Assembly (NCBI GenBank): GCA_963820855.1
Contig: CAWGBY010000021.1
Span: 133,354 to 197,353, forward strand
Origin: an uncultured Acidobacteriota bacterium
GTDB lineage: Bacteria > Acidobacteriota > Vicinamibacteria > Marinacidobacterales > SMYC01
Direction of reading: 5' to 3'
DNA length: 64,000 bases
Part shown: piece after piece, positions 1 through 10,708 of the stretch
Numbering within the stretch: position 1 is the stretch's first letter
Layout: every line of letters begins with the position of its first letter
Position numbers and translations under genes: made by a program
The notes under the pieces: model-generated
What the model was told of the DNA's origin: nothing
Seen by the model: only the letters and a program-made list of their open reading frames with translations
The model's database searches: none

Positions 1-656
1 CGGGGCGCTCGCGCCCCGGGAGCTCTCGCGGCAGGGCGGAAGGATGTCAGGGAGAAACCTGAACCGTGTCGCGTTCGTCCCGCTCTCCTCGATGCCGCGC
101 GAGCGGGGACAGCTCGACGAAATCGCCGTCCGTATCGACGATCGCGGAGAAAGTACGGGACTCCGCGAGACTCATCGAAAGCGTCGTCCAGCGCCGCCAT
201 CGCGGGGCCCTCGATTTCGAGCTTCTGGTCCCGCAGGAGCTCCTCGCGGGCTACGAGCGCGCCCGGTTCCAGTTCAACGTCGTCGTGGGCGCGGTCGCCG
301 CGCTCTCGCTCCTGGTGGGAGGAATCGGAATCATGAACATCATGCTCGCGAACGTGACCGAGCGCATCCGGGAGATCGGAATAAGGCGTTCTCTCGGCGC
401 GAGCCGCGACGATATTACCCGCCAGTTCCTCTCCGAAGCTCTGGTCTTGACGACGGTCGGCGGAGTCGCGGGCGTCGCGCTCGGCTTCGTCCTCGCCCTC
501 GGGATCTCGAGCTACGCCGGATGGCCGACCGCGGTGAGCTTTCGAGCGGTGCTCGCGGCGCTGGTCCTCGCTGCTGCGACGGGTATCGGTTTCGGACTAT
601 ACCCGGCGATGCAAGCCGCCCGCTCGAGCCCGGTCGATGCCTTGCGGCGGGAGTAG
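1..656 (+). CDS. ABC transporter permease, MacB/FtsX family (3' part; gene begins upstream of window)
   Basis: ORF 66..656 carries the FtsX-domain signature SLLVGGIGIMNIMLANVTERIREIGIRRSLGA, then TM helices and the C-terminus PAMQAARSSPVDALRRE. Upstream residues continue in the frame of ORF 44..769 (LDEIAVRIDD), implying one indel near ~140. Confidence 0.8.
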
Positions 657-666
657 CCTCCGTCGA

Positions 667-710
667 GGCGCAGAGACGCAGAGAAAGAAACCCCTCTGCG
701 TCTCCGCGCC
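667..710. terminator. 17-bp GC-rich hairpin between convergent genes (REP-like, probable bidirectional terminator)
   Basis: GGCGCAGAGACGCAGAG (667-683) pairs with CTCTGCGTCTCCGCGCC (694-710), with one A.C mismatch and a 10-nt loop. It lies between the stop at 654-656 (+) and the stop at 742-744 (-). It shares CGCAGAG and GAAGAAA words with the hairpin at 8182-8259. Confidence 0.5.
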
Positions 711-741
711 TTAGCGTTCGATCTGGCCCTCCTGCTCGTAC

Positions 742-2281
742 TCAGCGATCGCGGCGGTGGATCTCGTAGATGGTGCCGCGTTCGAGCGAGACGACGTAGA
801 GGTTACCGTTGGGGCCGGTCTCGACGTCGACGACCGTCCCGAAGTTTCTACCGAAGAGCAGACTCTCGCTTTCCTGGATGTCGAACTTGTTACGGTTGTC
901 CGCGACGCGGTCCAGAAGGCGCCTGTCGCTCACGCGAATCTCGCGGCGACTGCCGGACAGATTGAAGCGAAAGAGGTGGCCTCCCTCGAGCTCGGGACGG
1001 GCGTTTCCCATGACGAGGTCGTTCTCGTACCTCTCGCCGAGGCCGCGGCCGACGAAGCCGATGCCCCCCGGGGACACTTCGAATTTCCATGACATCTCCG
1101 GCCGGCTGTAGTGGGCGCCCGGGAGCATGAACAAGCGCCGGAGGGCCTCCCTCGGCGAATCGGCGATATTGGCGGGAGACCAGCGGATCTGCTGCAGGCC
1201 GAAGTAGCCGTTCGGCGCGAAGGGCTGCGGGGCCGTTGGATCCGTCTCGATGGCCTTGTACTGCGCGATGCGCTCGACCGGGCCCATGATCTGGACCCAA
1301 CCCGAGTTCATCCCGGGACTCACGCGGTTCAGCTCCGAGAAGGAATCGTCGCCGTTCTCCTGTTCCCAGAGGTTGCCGGTCAACGGGTCGACCGCCATGC
1401 CGAAGCCGTTACGGATCCCGTAGGCGAAGATCTTCTGGATGTTCTCTCCCACCTCGCCGCCGACACGCGCGCCGTACTCGAAGAAGGGGTTGTCCCGGGG
1501 AGCGCTGCCGTCGTCATTGAGGCGGAGAATCACGCCGGTCAAGTGCGCGTCATCCGGCTCGGGTCCGCCGAACTGGTCATCGGGCTCGCCCGGTCCGAAG
1601 GGACCGTCTTTGAGATTCTGCAACTGGCCCCTTCGGCCGCCGTCGCCCACCTGGATGTAGAGCCTCGCGCGCGAGTCGTCGGAATCGTGATCTCCGCCCC
1701 TTTCACGATGGTGGTGCCGGCCGCGTTCCCTCGACCCGAAGGTGATGACGCCGCCGTTGTGGTTGCCGCGCAAGGGCTGGCCCTCGTCTGCCTGAAATGC
1801 CCGCAGGTGGATCAGGTTCAAGTCGAACGTCAGTGCCGAGCCGTTCCAGACGTACCGGTCGACGCGGTTGCCGAGGAGCGGCACGTCCTCGAGCACCGCC
1901 GAGTCGGTTCCGCTGCAGACTCTCCGTCCAGAACAGGTAGACGAACCCGTTTCTCCGGAAGCTCGGGTGGAGCGCGATTCCCAGGAGTCCTCTCTCGGAG
2001 GCGGAGTTGACGGCAAGATCGAGGACCGTGGCGCGGACGACCCCGTTCACGACTCGCTGCACCCGTCCGGTGCCCTTTTCCAGCACGAGCATGTCGTCGT
2101 TCCCGAGAAATGCGAGGTTCACTGGTTGCGACAACCCGGTCGCGGCGGTCCGTACGGCCAGATTGCGGTCGACCAGGCTCGGCGCGGGACTCTGCGCGAA
2201 GGCGCCGCCTCTCCCGGCGAGAAGCGTCAGTCCGAACAAGAGCGGCGTCCATCGCGGTGGACGAGCGAGAAAAAATTTCAT
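742..2281 (-). CDS. PQQ-dependent sugar dehydrogenase (soluble glucose/sorbosone dehydrogenase-like beta-propeller), secreted; frameshifted in this assembly
   Basis: N-terminus in ORF 1703..2317: MKFFLARPPRWTPLLFGLTLLAGRGGAFA signal peptide, then LSQPVNLAFLGNDDMLVLEKGTGRVQRVVNG and GLLGIALHPSF. Remainder in ORF 742..2016: HNGGVITFG, LYIQVGDGGRRGQLQNL, IFAYGIRNGFGMAVDP, GNLYVVSLERGTIYEI. Frames switch near ~1930. ATG 2281 is preceded by GGAGG. Confidence 0.75.
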
Positions 2282-2409
2282 GATTCCTCCTGAGAAAGCC
2301 GCGCGCGTCCGACGCATCCGCGCGAGGCGGGTTGACTACTGCGGGCAGGAAAGCAATCGCTGTGCCGATGAGAACAACGCAGAAATGCCGCGACTGCCAG
2401 TAGGAACCA

Positions 2410-3704
2410 TTACGGACGACGTAAACGTTTTTCGCTGCACGAACGAATGCGCGTCGAGTCGCTATGGAAAACTTTCCGCCTTCGGTTCGCCTTAGGGCGG
2501 GCGCTGTAGACGGACCGAACTACCGCGGTTGGAGCAGCGTTCTGCTCGAGAGCCTCGGTCACTGTCTCGAGGTCGTCGGCTCGATGTTCAGCGGCGGGAG
2601 AAGCCTCAGCACTTTCGGACCGGCCGCGAGCGCGAGGACGCCTTCGCCCGCGAGGGCTTCGAGATACGGGCGCGACCTTTCGATCGAGCTCGATTCCGAT
2701 CATCAATCCCATGCCGCGAATTTCCTCACGACGGGAGGAATCGATTCGCCGGAGGCGCGCGCGCCACGTTCGACCCATCTCGAGCGCCCTCTCGGGAAGC
2801 GCCTCGTCCAGAAGGCAGTCGAGGACCCGATTCGCCAGCGCGCAGGCCAGAGGGTTTCCTCCGAACGTCGAGCCGTGCGATCCGACCGCCGCCCGGATTC
2901 GATCGCTCACGAGGAGGGCGCCCATAGGAAAGCCTCCGGCGATGGATTTCGCGAGGCAGAGCAGGTCCGGCTCGAGACCGAAATGCTCGCACGCGAAGAG
3001 CCGCCCGGTTCGTCCGAAGCCCGTTTGCACCTCGTCGACGGCCACGAGGATGCCGCGCTCGGCGGCGAGCTTCGCCACCTCGGCGACGAAGCGCGGCTCG
3101 GCGGGATGGACACCGCCCTCGCCCTGGACGAGCTCCAGGACCACGCACCCGACCGCTTCCGTCAAGAGCGCATCGAGGCCATCGATGGCGTTGTACGCGC
3201 CGAACGTCACGCCGGGAAGAACCGGTGCGAACATCTCGTGGTGCTTCGGCTGGAAGCTCGCGCTCATCGCGCCGAAGGTGCGCCCGTGGAAGCTCCGCTT
3301 GAAGGATGACGATTCCGCCGCGTCCGGTGGCGAGGCGCGCGAGCTTGAGCGCCGCTTCCACGGACTTCGGTCCCCGAGTTGCAGAGAAAGACGCGGGTGA
3401 GGCTCCGAGGAGAAAGCTCGACGAGACGCGACATGAGCCGCGCTTTCTCCGGATGGAAGAACGCTCCCGTCGCGCAGGCGAGCTCCGCCGCCTGGGCACT
3501 CAGCGTTTCGAGGAGCGCCGGGTGGGAATGCCCGAGATTCAGAGCTCCGTGACCGCTCATGCAGTCGATGTACTCGCGCCCTTCGTCGTCCCAGAGCCTC
3601 GCTCCTCGGCCGCGAACGAGCGTGATGCCGCGCTTGCCGTAGACGTCGAGCTCGTAGCGTTCCTGGAGCGATCGGGCGTGTACGGCCGACGTAAGCGTTG
3701 TCAT
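2410..3704 (-). CDS. lysJ: class III aminotransferase, LysJ/ArgD type; frameshifted in this assembly
   Basis: N-terminus in ORF 3264..3704: MTTLTS, GRGARLWDDEGREYIDCMSGHGALNLGHSHP. Core in the frame of ORF 2410..4494: SFHGRTFGAMSA, DEVQTGFGRTGRLFACEHFGLEPDLLCLAKSIAGGFPMGA, GSTFGGNPLACA. ATG 3704 overlaps the lysZ stop (ATGA). The 3' end is uncertain: there are further indels around 2560-2700, and the true stop may be near ~2520 rather than 2410. Confidence 0.8.
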
Positions 3705-4494
3705 TCGACGACCGTCCCTTCGCGGTCGAGGGCCGCACGGAGCGGGTGAGCGAGCGTCCGTCTCCGATCACGATCCGCCGGCATCCCGAGTCCATCATCC
3801 TGCCGAGGGCCATGAGCTTCCGGCGAAACCTCCCCGACGACTCCGTCTCTCTTTTCGCGATCTCCTGTCGTCCCAGGCTGGACACGAGGCTCTCCGGTCT
3901 CGACGCCTCGTCCAGGATCCCCGGCGCCTCGATGAGCTGCACCACGACGTCCGGCCGCAGCGATTGGGCGAGGAGCGCGACGACATCGTCGTTCTCCGTA
4001 TTGATGGCGCGATTCTCCTCGTCCAGGATGGGAACGGTCAGGAGCGGGGTGTAGCCCGAGTCGAGGAGAAGCTTCAGGAGCGTCGACGTTCGCGGAGAGC
4101 GGCTTTCCCGAGTGGTCGTGGAGAAGCCGGCGCCGCCCGTTCTGCGACACACGAATCCCGCGATTGCGCCGTCCGCGGACCAGAGCCTCCGTCGAGTCCC
4201 GATGAGGCCGACGGCGTTCACTCCATGCCGCTGACAGAGAGCGACGAAGCGTTTGTTCGCGAGACCGGCGTAGGCCATGGTGAGAACGTCGAGGGCCTCG
4301 TCGTCGGTGAAAACGCTCTCGACGCCCGACTCGGAAGTCACGGTGCGTTTGCCAGCGCCGAGCCGCTCCGCGAGCTCGTCCCGAGCCGCGTTCGCGCCGT
4401 GCACCACGACCGCGGCGTCGCGCAATTCCCCGAGATCCGCGGCAATTCCCTCGAGATTGACTCCCGCGCCGCCGCCCACCTTCACCAGAATCAT
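3701..4494 (-). CDS. lysZ: amino-acid kinase, LysZ/ArgB type; frameshifted in this assembly
   Basis: N-terminus of ORF 2410..4494: MILVKVGGGAGVNLEGIAADL, VVVHGANAARDE, LLLDSGYTPLLTVPILDEENRAINTENDDVVALLAQSL, RRIVIGDGR. C-terminus in the frame of ORF 3701..4150: TLAHPLRAALDREGTVVE*. Confidence 0.8.
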
Positions 4495-4500
4495 GATCGC

Positions 4501-5137
4501 TCAGAGCACGAGGGTCTCGCCGTTTTCCATCGGGCGGAAATTCCGGTCGAGGGGCTCGGAGGACACGCCCCTCACTTCGCCTTCGCGAACGTGCAGGGTG
4601 AAGTACTCCGGCCTCTCCGAGAAGCGGCAGTGCGCGTAGATCGAGGGGTCCCGTTGAGCGAGGTGAGCGCGACGTTCATCGCCACGACATACCGCGATCG
4701 CGATCGGACGAGACGGTCGATCGCGCCGATCGCTTCCGGCACTCCGCTCCGCCGCCGCTCGAGGATCAGATGGAAGAGCTTCTCCGCGCCGATCCGACCC
4801 GGAGCCCGAAGGCGGACTCCGCGGATCTCTCCGTTGAAGACGAAGCTCAGCTCGTCGCGGTCGAAGGGCATGTTGTTCTCGACCGCGATCCCCTCGTTCC
4901 GAAAAGCGCTCCGGGCGTGGACCACGCAGGACGTCGACGCTCCTGGGAAGCGGAAGCCGCGTCCTCCCATATGGGGGTGAGGCTTCGCCGCCGCTCCCAG
5001 CGGCCTGAAGCCCGGAGGGTTACGCCGAACCCGTGCCCCTGGTACTCAGGGCTCCTCCGGCAGCGCTCCTTGAACGAATTCATGACCGGAGACGGATCGA
5101 ACTCGCGGGAGCTTCGAAGGATGAGGAATCGGCACAT
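4501..5137 (-). CDS. class II glutamine amidotransferase-like Ntn hydrolase (YafJ/EgtC-like); frameshifted in this assembly
   Basis: Starts MCRFLILRSS (Met-Cys start typical of Cys-nucleophile Ntn amidotransferases) in ORF 4847..5137, running to EYQGHGFGV. Continues in the frame of ORF 4572..4970: VVHARSAFRNEGIAVENNMPFDRDELSFVFNGEIRGV. Ends in a third frame by my own translation, DPSIYAHCRFSERPEYFTLHVREGEVRGVSSEPLDRNFRPMENGETLVL*, with the stop at 4501-4503. Confidence 0.7.
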
Positions 5138-5148
5138 GGGCGGACGTC

Positions 5149-6176
<1,028 letters not shown>

Positions 6177-6198
<22 letters not shown>

Positions 6199-7061
6199 GC
6201 CTCGACTCCCGCGTTCAACCGTGACAGCACGTGGTCCACGATGGCGCCCGGGATATCGACTCCCGTCGGCTCGATGCTGTTGCGGAATTCCATAGTGTCG
6301 TTCACTTCGTTCACCAGGTAGCCGTCCCTGGTCTCGAAAAGGTCCATCGCCAGGATGCCGCCGCCCACCGCCTGCGAGGCGGAGCGGCAGAGGGAAGCGA
6401 GCTCGTCGTCGATCGAAAGGGCCTCGGCGCGGCCACCCCGATGAGTGTTGGTGCGCCAGCTCGCGCTCCACCGCCGGATGGCGGCGATCGCGCGATCTCC
6501 GGCGACGAATGCGCGGATATCGCAGCCGCCTTTGTCGACGTAACGCTGCAGGTAGTAGACGTGGTGCATGGGGCTCGGGAGCGCGGCCCGGTGCTCGAGA
6601 AGGCTTTCCGCCGAGTCGCGATCGTCGGCGCGCGCGACGAGCCGTCCCCAGGAGCCGATGACCGGCTTCAGCACGACGGGAAACCCCATCTCTTCCATCG
6701 CCGCGAGGGCCGTCGCTCTCGTCGAATGCCGCGCGAAACTCGGGCTGGGGCACTCGCCGCCCGCTCGAGCGCGAGCGAGGTGAGGAGCTTGTCCCCGCAG
6801 GTTTCCGCCACCCGGGCGCTGTTGATAGCAGAGGACTCCGCGGGACTCGAATAGCCTTCGCGCGTAGAGGCCTCGGGAGAAACTGACGGTCCGCGAGAGG
6901 ACCGCGTCGAGCTCGTACACGGAGGAGGGAGAGAATGCGATCTCGCGGTCGTCGAGGAGCGTGAGCTCGACCGCCTTCACGCGGCGAAAGGCCTCAACGA
7001 GGAGCTTCTCCTCGCGCCGCAAGACGTCGTGGAGAATCGCGACTCGATACGAATCACTCAC
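6177..7061 (-). CDS. lysX: ATP-grasp ligase, LysX/ArgX type (RimK family)
   Basis: ORF 6177..7061: [93 protein letters not shown]. The segment ~6720-6835 is out of frame. The expected residues [24 protein letters not shown] and [13 protein letters not shown] read in the other two frames. Three 1-nt insertions together restore the frame. Confidence 0.85.
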
Positions 7062-7218
7062 CCCAATCCTCCTCCTCCAGGGGCGCCTCGCGGAGAAGGG
7101 GAGGCTTCAGAGAGGCGATCTCGAGCTCGGTCGCGCACTCGCTGCAGTCGAGGAGCTCATGGGCGAGGACGCCTTCGGGAAACACCACGATAGCGTCACA
7201 AACAGGACAAACCGGCAT
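7054..7218 (-). CDS. lysW: amino-group carrier protein LysW (54 aa; not in the supplied ORF track)
   Basis: My own translation: [54 protein letters not shown]. It has a CxxC...CxxC zinc ribbon and an acidic EDWGE C-terminus. GGAGG lies 5 nt upstream of ATG 7218. The 3' end overlaps the lysX GTG start by 8 nt. Confidence 0.85.
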   Translation of the reverse strand: MPVCPVCDAIVVFPEGVLAHELLDCSECATELEIASLKPPLLREAPLEEEDWGE

Positions 7219-7467
7219 GCATACCTCCATGTAATGCGCGCGCGGGCTGCAGATGAGTTTTCGGCAGCCCGCTAGCCCGCTGTCATCCCTTGTAGCAGCG
7301 GGCCCTCCCGCGAGCGAAGAAAGACGAGCGAAGCAACAGAAACACCGAAAAAGTGTTATGTTTGTGACACTGAATGAGATGCGGTTGAATAGAAGCAGCC
7401 GGCCCGGAGACCCGGTCCTCCTCGAGCGGAGCCTTCAGCCCTTGGCCGCGGGGGTGGGGTCCCCGCG

Positions 7468-7504
7468 GCATTGATGAAGAGCGAGGCGAGCACCTAAGGG
7501 AAGC
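7468..7504 (+). repeat. copy A of a conserved ~35-nt upstream element (core GAAGAGCGAGGCGAGCA)
   Basis: GCATTGATGAAGAGCGAGGCGAGCACCTAAGGGAAGC ends 2 nt before the ATG at 7507. The 17-nt core (7476-7492) is identical to 16148-16164, and the flanks are similar. It is preceded by the 9-bp GC hairpin at 7445-7469. Confidence 0.5.
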
Positions 7505-7506
7505 CA

Positions 7507-8166
7507 ATGAAGAAGATCGGAGACGCGGTCGAGGCCATCATCGAAGCGAACCCGGCGCTCACCTTCGGCATTCACCACCGCCTCTTGAACCTGACGAGAG
7601 TCTCCCGTTTCCTCCGTCCGAGCGTCGAAGCGCAGACCCGGAAGGAAGTGAGCGACGCCGCGCTCCTCATGAGCCTCTCGCGGCTCCAGCGCCGTTGGGC
7701 GAAGGCGCGCCCGCAGAAGACCGACGCCCTGGTCCTCGACAAGGTCAGCATCGTCTCCGGTCTGTGCTCGGTCACTCTCTTGAAGACCCAGACCACGCAC
7801 CGCGAGCTGAACCGGCTGTTCACCGCCGTCCAGGAGCGGAACGGGTTCATCACCGTGACCGAGGGCCTGCGGGAAACGACGGTGATCGTGGAGGAAGAGA
7901 ACTTCGTCCGGCTCCGGAAAGCGCTTCGCTCACGGCCGAAGATCGTTCACCGCAACGTGGCTTCCGTCGGCATGACCTTCAGCGAGCGATACCTGAGCGT
8001 GAAAGGAGTGCTGCACCAGCTCCTCGAGCAGGTGGCGCTCCAGAACATCAATGTTCTCGAGGTAGCGTCGACCGCGACGGAGTTCTACATCTACGTCGAG
8101 GAGCGGGACGTGGAGGTCGCCTTCGCGGCGATCTTCCGCCGCTTCGGCCGCACCCAGCGAGCTTAA
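7507..8166 (+). CDS. hypothetical protein with C-terminal ACT-like domain
   Basis: Intact ORF 7507..8166. The C-terminal half (VASVGMTFSERYLSVKGVLHQLLEQVALQNINVLEVASTATEFYIYVEERDVEVAFAAI) resembles aspartokinase-type ACT repeats. Assignment is by eye only. Confidence 0.45.
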   Translation: MKKIGDAVEAIIEANPALTFGIHHRLLNLTRVSRFLRPSVEAQTRKEVSDAALLMSLSRLQRRWAKARPQKTDALVLDKVSIVSGLCSVTLLKTQTTHRELNRLFTAVQERNGFITVTEGLRETTVIVEEENFVRLRKALRSRPKIVHRNVASVGMTFSERYLSVKGVLHQLLEQVALQNINVLEVASTATEFYIYVEERDVEVAFAAIFRRFGRTQRA

Positions 8167-8181
8167 GGCAGGGAGGAATTT

Positions 8182-8259
8182 TAACGCAGAGGCGCAACGA
8201 CGCAGGGACGCAGAGGAAGAAAGACGAAATTTCCCTGCGTACTCTGCGCCTCTGCGTTA
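8182..8259. terminator. long nested hairpin between convergent genes (REP-like, probable bidirectional terminator)
   Basis: TAACGCAGAGGCGCA (8182-8196) pairs perfectly with TGCGCCTCTGCGTTA (8245-8259). The inner stem CGCAGGGA (8201-8208) pairs with TCCCTGCG (8232-8239). It lies between the stop at 8164-8166 (+) and the stop at 8257-8259 (-). It is built from CGCAGAG/CGCAGGG words like the hairpin at 667-710. Confidence 0.5.
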
Positions 8260-8598
8260 TTCCGGTGAAGCTGCGGGGAAGCTCGCGACGGCCTGTTCCT
8301 CGTCTTCGAAGACTTCGAAGATCGGGAGGAGCTTCGACATCGTGAGCGAGTTGTGCACGCGCTTCGACGGATTCAGGAGCTTGAGCGTGCCTCCGAAGCG
8401 CTCGACCGTCCGGTGGCCCGCGACCAGCTCCCCCATGCCCGCGCTGTCCATGAAGGTCACATCGCGGAAGTCGACGAGGATTCGGTTCCGTCCCGAAGCG
8501 AGGAGCGTGTCGATCGCCTCGCGGAACTCTTCGTCTCCGCCGCCTCCGGTGAGCTGTCCGGAGAGGACCAGGATCGCGATGCCGTCTTTCTCACGCAA
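8257..8598 (-). CDS. STAS-domain protein (anti-sigma-factor antagonist, SpoIIAA-like)
   Basis: Intact ORF 8257..8598: ILVLSGQLTGGGGDEEFREAIDTLLASGRNRILVDFRDVTFMDSAGMGELVAGHRTVERFGGTLKLLNPSKRVHNSLTMSKL. Confidence 0.75.
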   Translation of the reverse strand: MREKDGIAILVLSGQLTGGGGDEEFREAIDTLLASGRNRILVDFRDVTFMDSAGMGELVAGHRTVERFGGTLKLLNPSKRVHNSLTMSKLLPIFEVFEDEEQAVASFPAASPE

Positions 8599-8625
8599 GA
8601 TCCAGTTTCATCGCATCGACTCCCG

Positions 8626-10535
8626 TCAACCGGTTATGGTCCGAATGGCCTGCCAGTCGACACGAACTTCATAGCGGGCGGTGAGGCTCTCGACGAAGGC
8701 GTTCCAGACCCGGACGCGCTGCTCGTTCGCCATCTGCTCCAGGAAATCCGACTTCTGCGCCGAGAAATCGGCGGGGTTGAACCCGGTCTTTTCAAGGACG
8801 CGCACCAGCACGTAGCCGTTGTCCGCGCTGAGCGGCGCCGAGAGCTCACCCGGTGTAAGCGAGAAAGCCCTGGCGTTCACCTCTGGAGAACGGCCCGCTT
8901 CCGGCAGCTGGCCTCCCCGGAAGAAACTCTCCGTCGTCAGGAGCTGCGAGGCCCGCTTTCTCCGCCCCCTCGCTCAGAAGCGTCGCGCGAAGCGCATCCG
9001 CCCTGAACTCGCGCGAGCTCCATGACCTTCCGCTCTTTCAGCTGGCTCCGAACCTGCTCTTTCACTTCTTCGAAGTCCGGGATTCCCGCGGGGCGCTCCT
9101 CGAGCACTTGAAGGAACGCGGACCCGTTGCCGAGCCGGATCGCGGAGGAGACCGCTCCGACTTCGTTCTCGAACGCGGCCCGCGTCGCTTCCGGCGAGTT
9201 CCCGAGCTGCGGCAGAGTGTCCCCTCGTCCGAAGAACGCCGTCTCCTGCGGCACCAGCACCGGATATTCCGCGGAGAGCGTGTCGACGCTTCCCGACACC
9301 TGGAGCTTCTCGGCCGCGCTGTCGACCGCCAGATTCCATCGCTTCGCGGGCTTTCTCCTGGGTGATGGTGCTCCGGATCTCGTCCCGGACGGCGTCGAGC
9401 GGTCTCACGAATGCCGCCTGCTTGCCGTTCAGCTTGATGATGTGGAACCCGTAGGTCGAGCGAACCAGATCGCTCACCTGGCCTTCCTGGAGCGCGAAGG
9501 CGGCAGCCTCGAACTCAGGCACCATCTGCCCTCTTCCGAAGAGACCCGAGATCGCCGCCCTGCTCGGCGGAAGTGTCCTCGGAGTTCGTGCGCGCGAGCT
9601 CGGCGAAGTCCGCGCCCGCCTTCGCTTGCGCGAGAACCTCTTCGGCCTTCTTCCTCACCGCCTCCTCGTCCTTGTCTGGAGCCGGTCTTGAAGAGGATGT
9701 GGCTCGCCGAGACCTGTTCGCCGGTCTCGAAGCGCGAGGCGTTCTGCTGATAGTAGCGCTCGATCTCCCGGTCGCTCACGCTGACCGCGGTCGCGAAGAG
9801 CTGCGGAGTGAGAGTGATGAAGCGCACCTTGCGCTGCACGGGCCGCTCGAACTTCTTCGGGTCCGACGTCGAACCAGCCCCGGGCCTCCTCGTCGGTCAC
9901 CTGGACCTGCGCTTCGAACTCGGACTTGGGGACGAACGCATACTCGAGGCGCAGCTTTTCGTTCCGACGTCGGTACTCTTCCTCGAGATCGGCGCTCGAG
10001 ACCACGACCCCGTCGGTCACCAGGTTCTGCAGCTTCTGCCGCATGAGGTCCTGGCGCATCTGCCCGCTCGAACTGCGTTGCGGAGAGCGACCGCTGCGCG
10101 AGGAAGCTCAGATAGGCTTCGCGACCGATGAACTTTCCTTCGCTTTGAAACGCGGGAAACGAGACGATGAAGTCCGAGATCTCCTGGTCGGTGACCGAAA
10201 GACCCTGACGCTCGGCCTCGATAAGCAGGATCTGGTTCTGCACCAGCTGGCGGAGGATGAGGTTGTCGAAGCCGAGCTGGCGCATGAGGTCGGGGGAGTA
10301 CTGGGCGCCGAGCTGCTGCCGGTACTGCTGTTCCTGCGCTCGATAGCTCCGCAGGAACTCCTGAGAAGAGATGGGCGTGCCTTCGACCCAGGCCACTTCT
10401 CCGGTGCTGGTCGCACCCGTCGCATTGAGGAAGTCGGGAATATAGAAGGCGACGAAGGCCAGAATGACGAGGACCCAAGAGAATCGCTCCCACGAACCAG
10501 CCGAGGCTTTTGCGGTCGCGAAAATACTTCAGCAT
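8626..10535 (-). CDS. periplasmic chaperone / peptidyl-prolyl isomerase, PpiD/SurA-like; frameshifted in this assembly
   Basis: Fragments spread over three frames. MLKYFRDRKSLGWFVGAILLG (ORF 10017..10535). EVAWVEGTPISSQEFLRSYRAQEQQYRQQLG (9776..10396). MRQDLMRQKLQNLVTDGVVVS (9655..10059). The parvulin-type segment ASHILFK, then MVPEFEAAAFALQEGQVSDLVRSTYGFHIIKL (9474..9839 and 8974..9525). C-terminus ADNGYVLVRVLEKTGFNP (8626..8880). Confidence 0.7.
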
Positions 10536-10708
10536 CTAGAAACTCACATTCTCACCGGGACGGCCGCCGAGCGACGAATCCTTTTGCGATCACTCTTTCC
10601 GAACCCAACATGCTATCCGAAGCTTCGAGCGCGATCAAGTTGGGCGAAGAAGGCGTTGCCGGGCCCCGCTCGGCTGTGTTAAGCTTTTAGAAACTCAGCG
10701 GTTAGACG

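Noticed and set aside
10537-10697. The direct 10-mer TAGAAACTCA sits at both ends of the ppiD / fecR-like divergent spacer (10537-10546 and 10688-10697).
   Set aside because: It is too short to be significant, and it has the same orientation relative to oppositely oriented genes. No further support.
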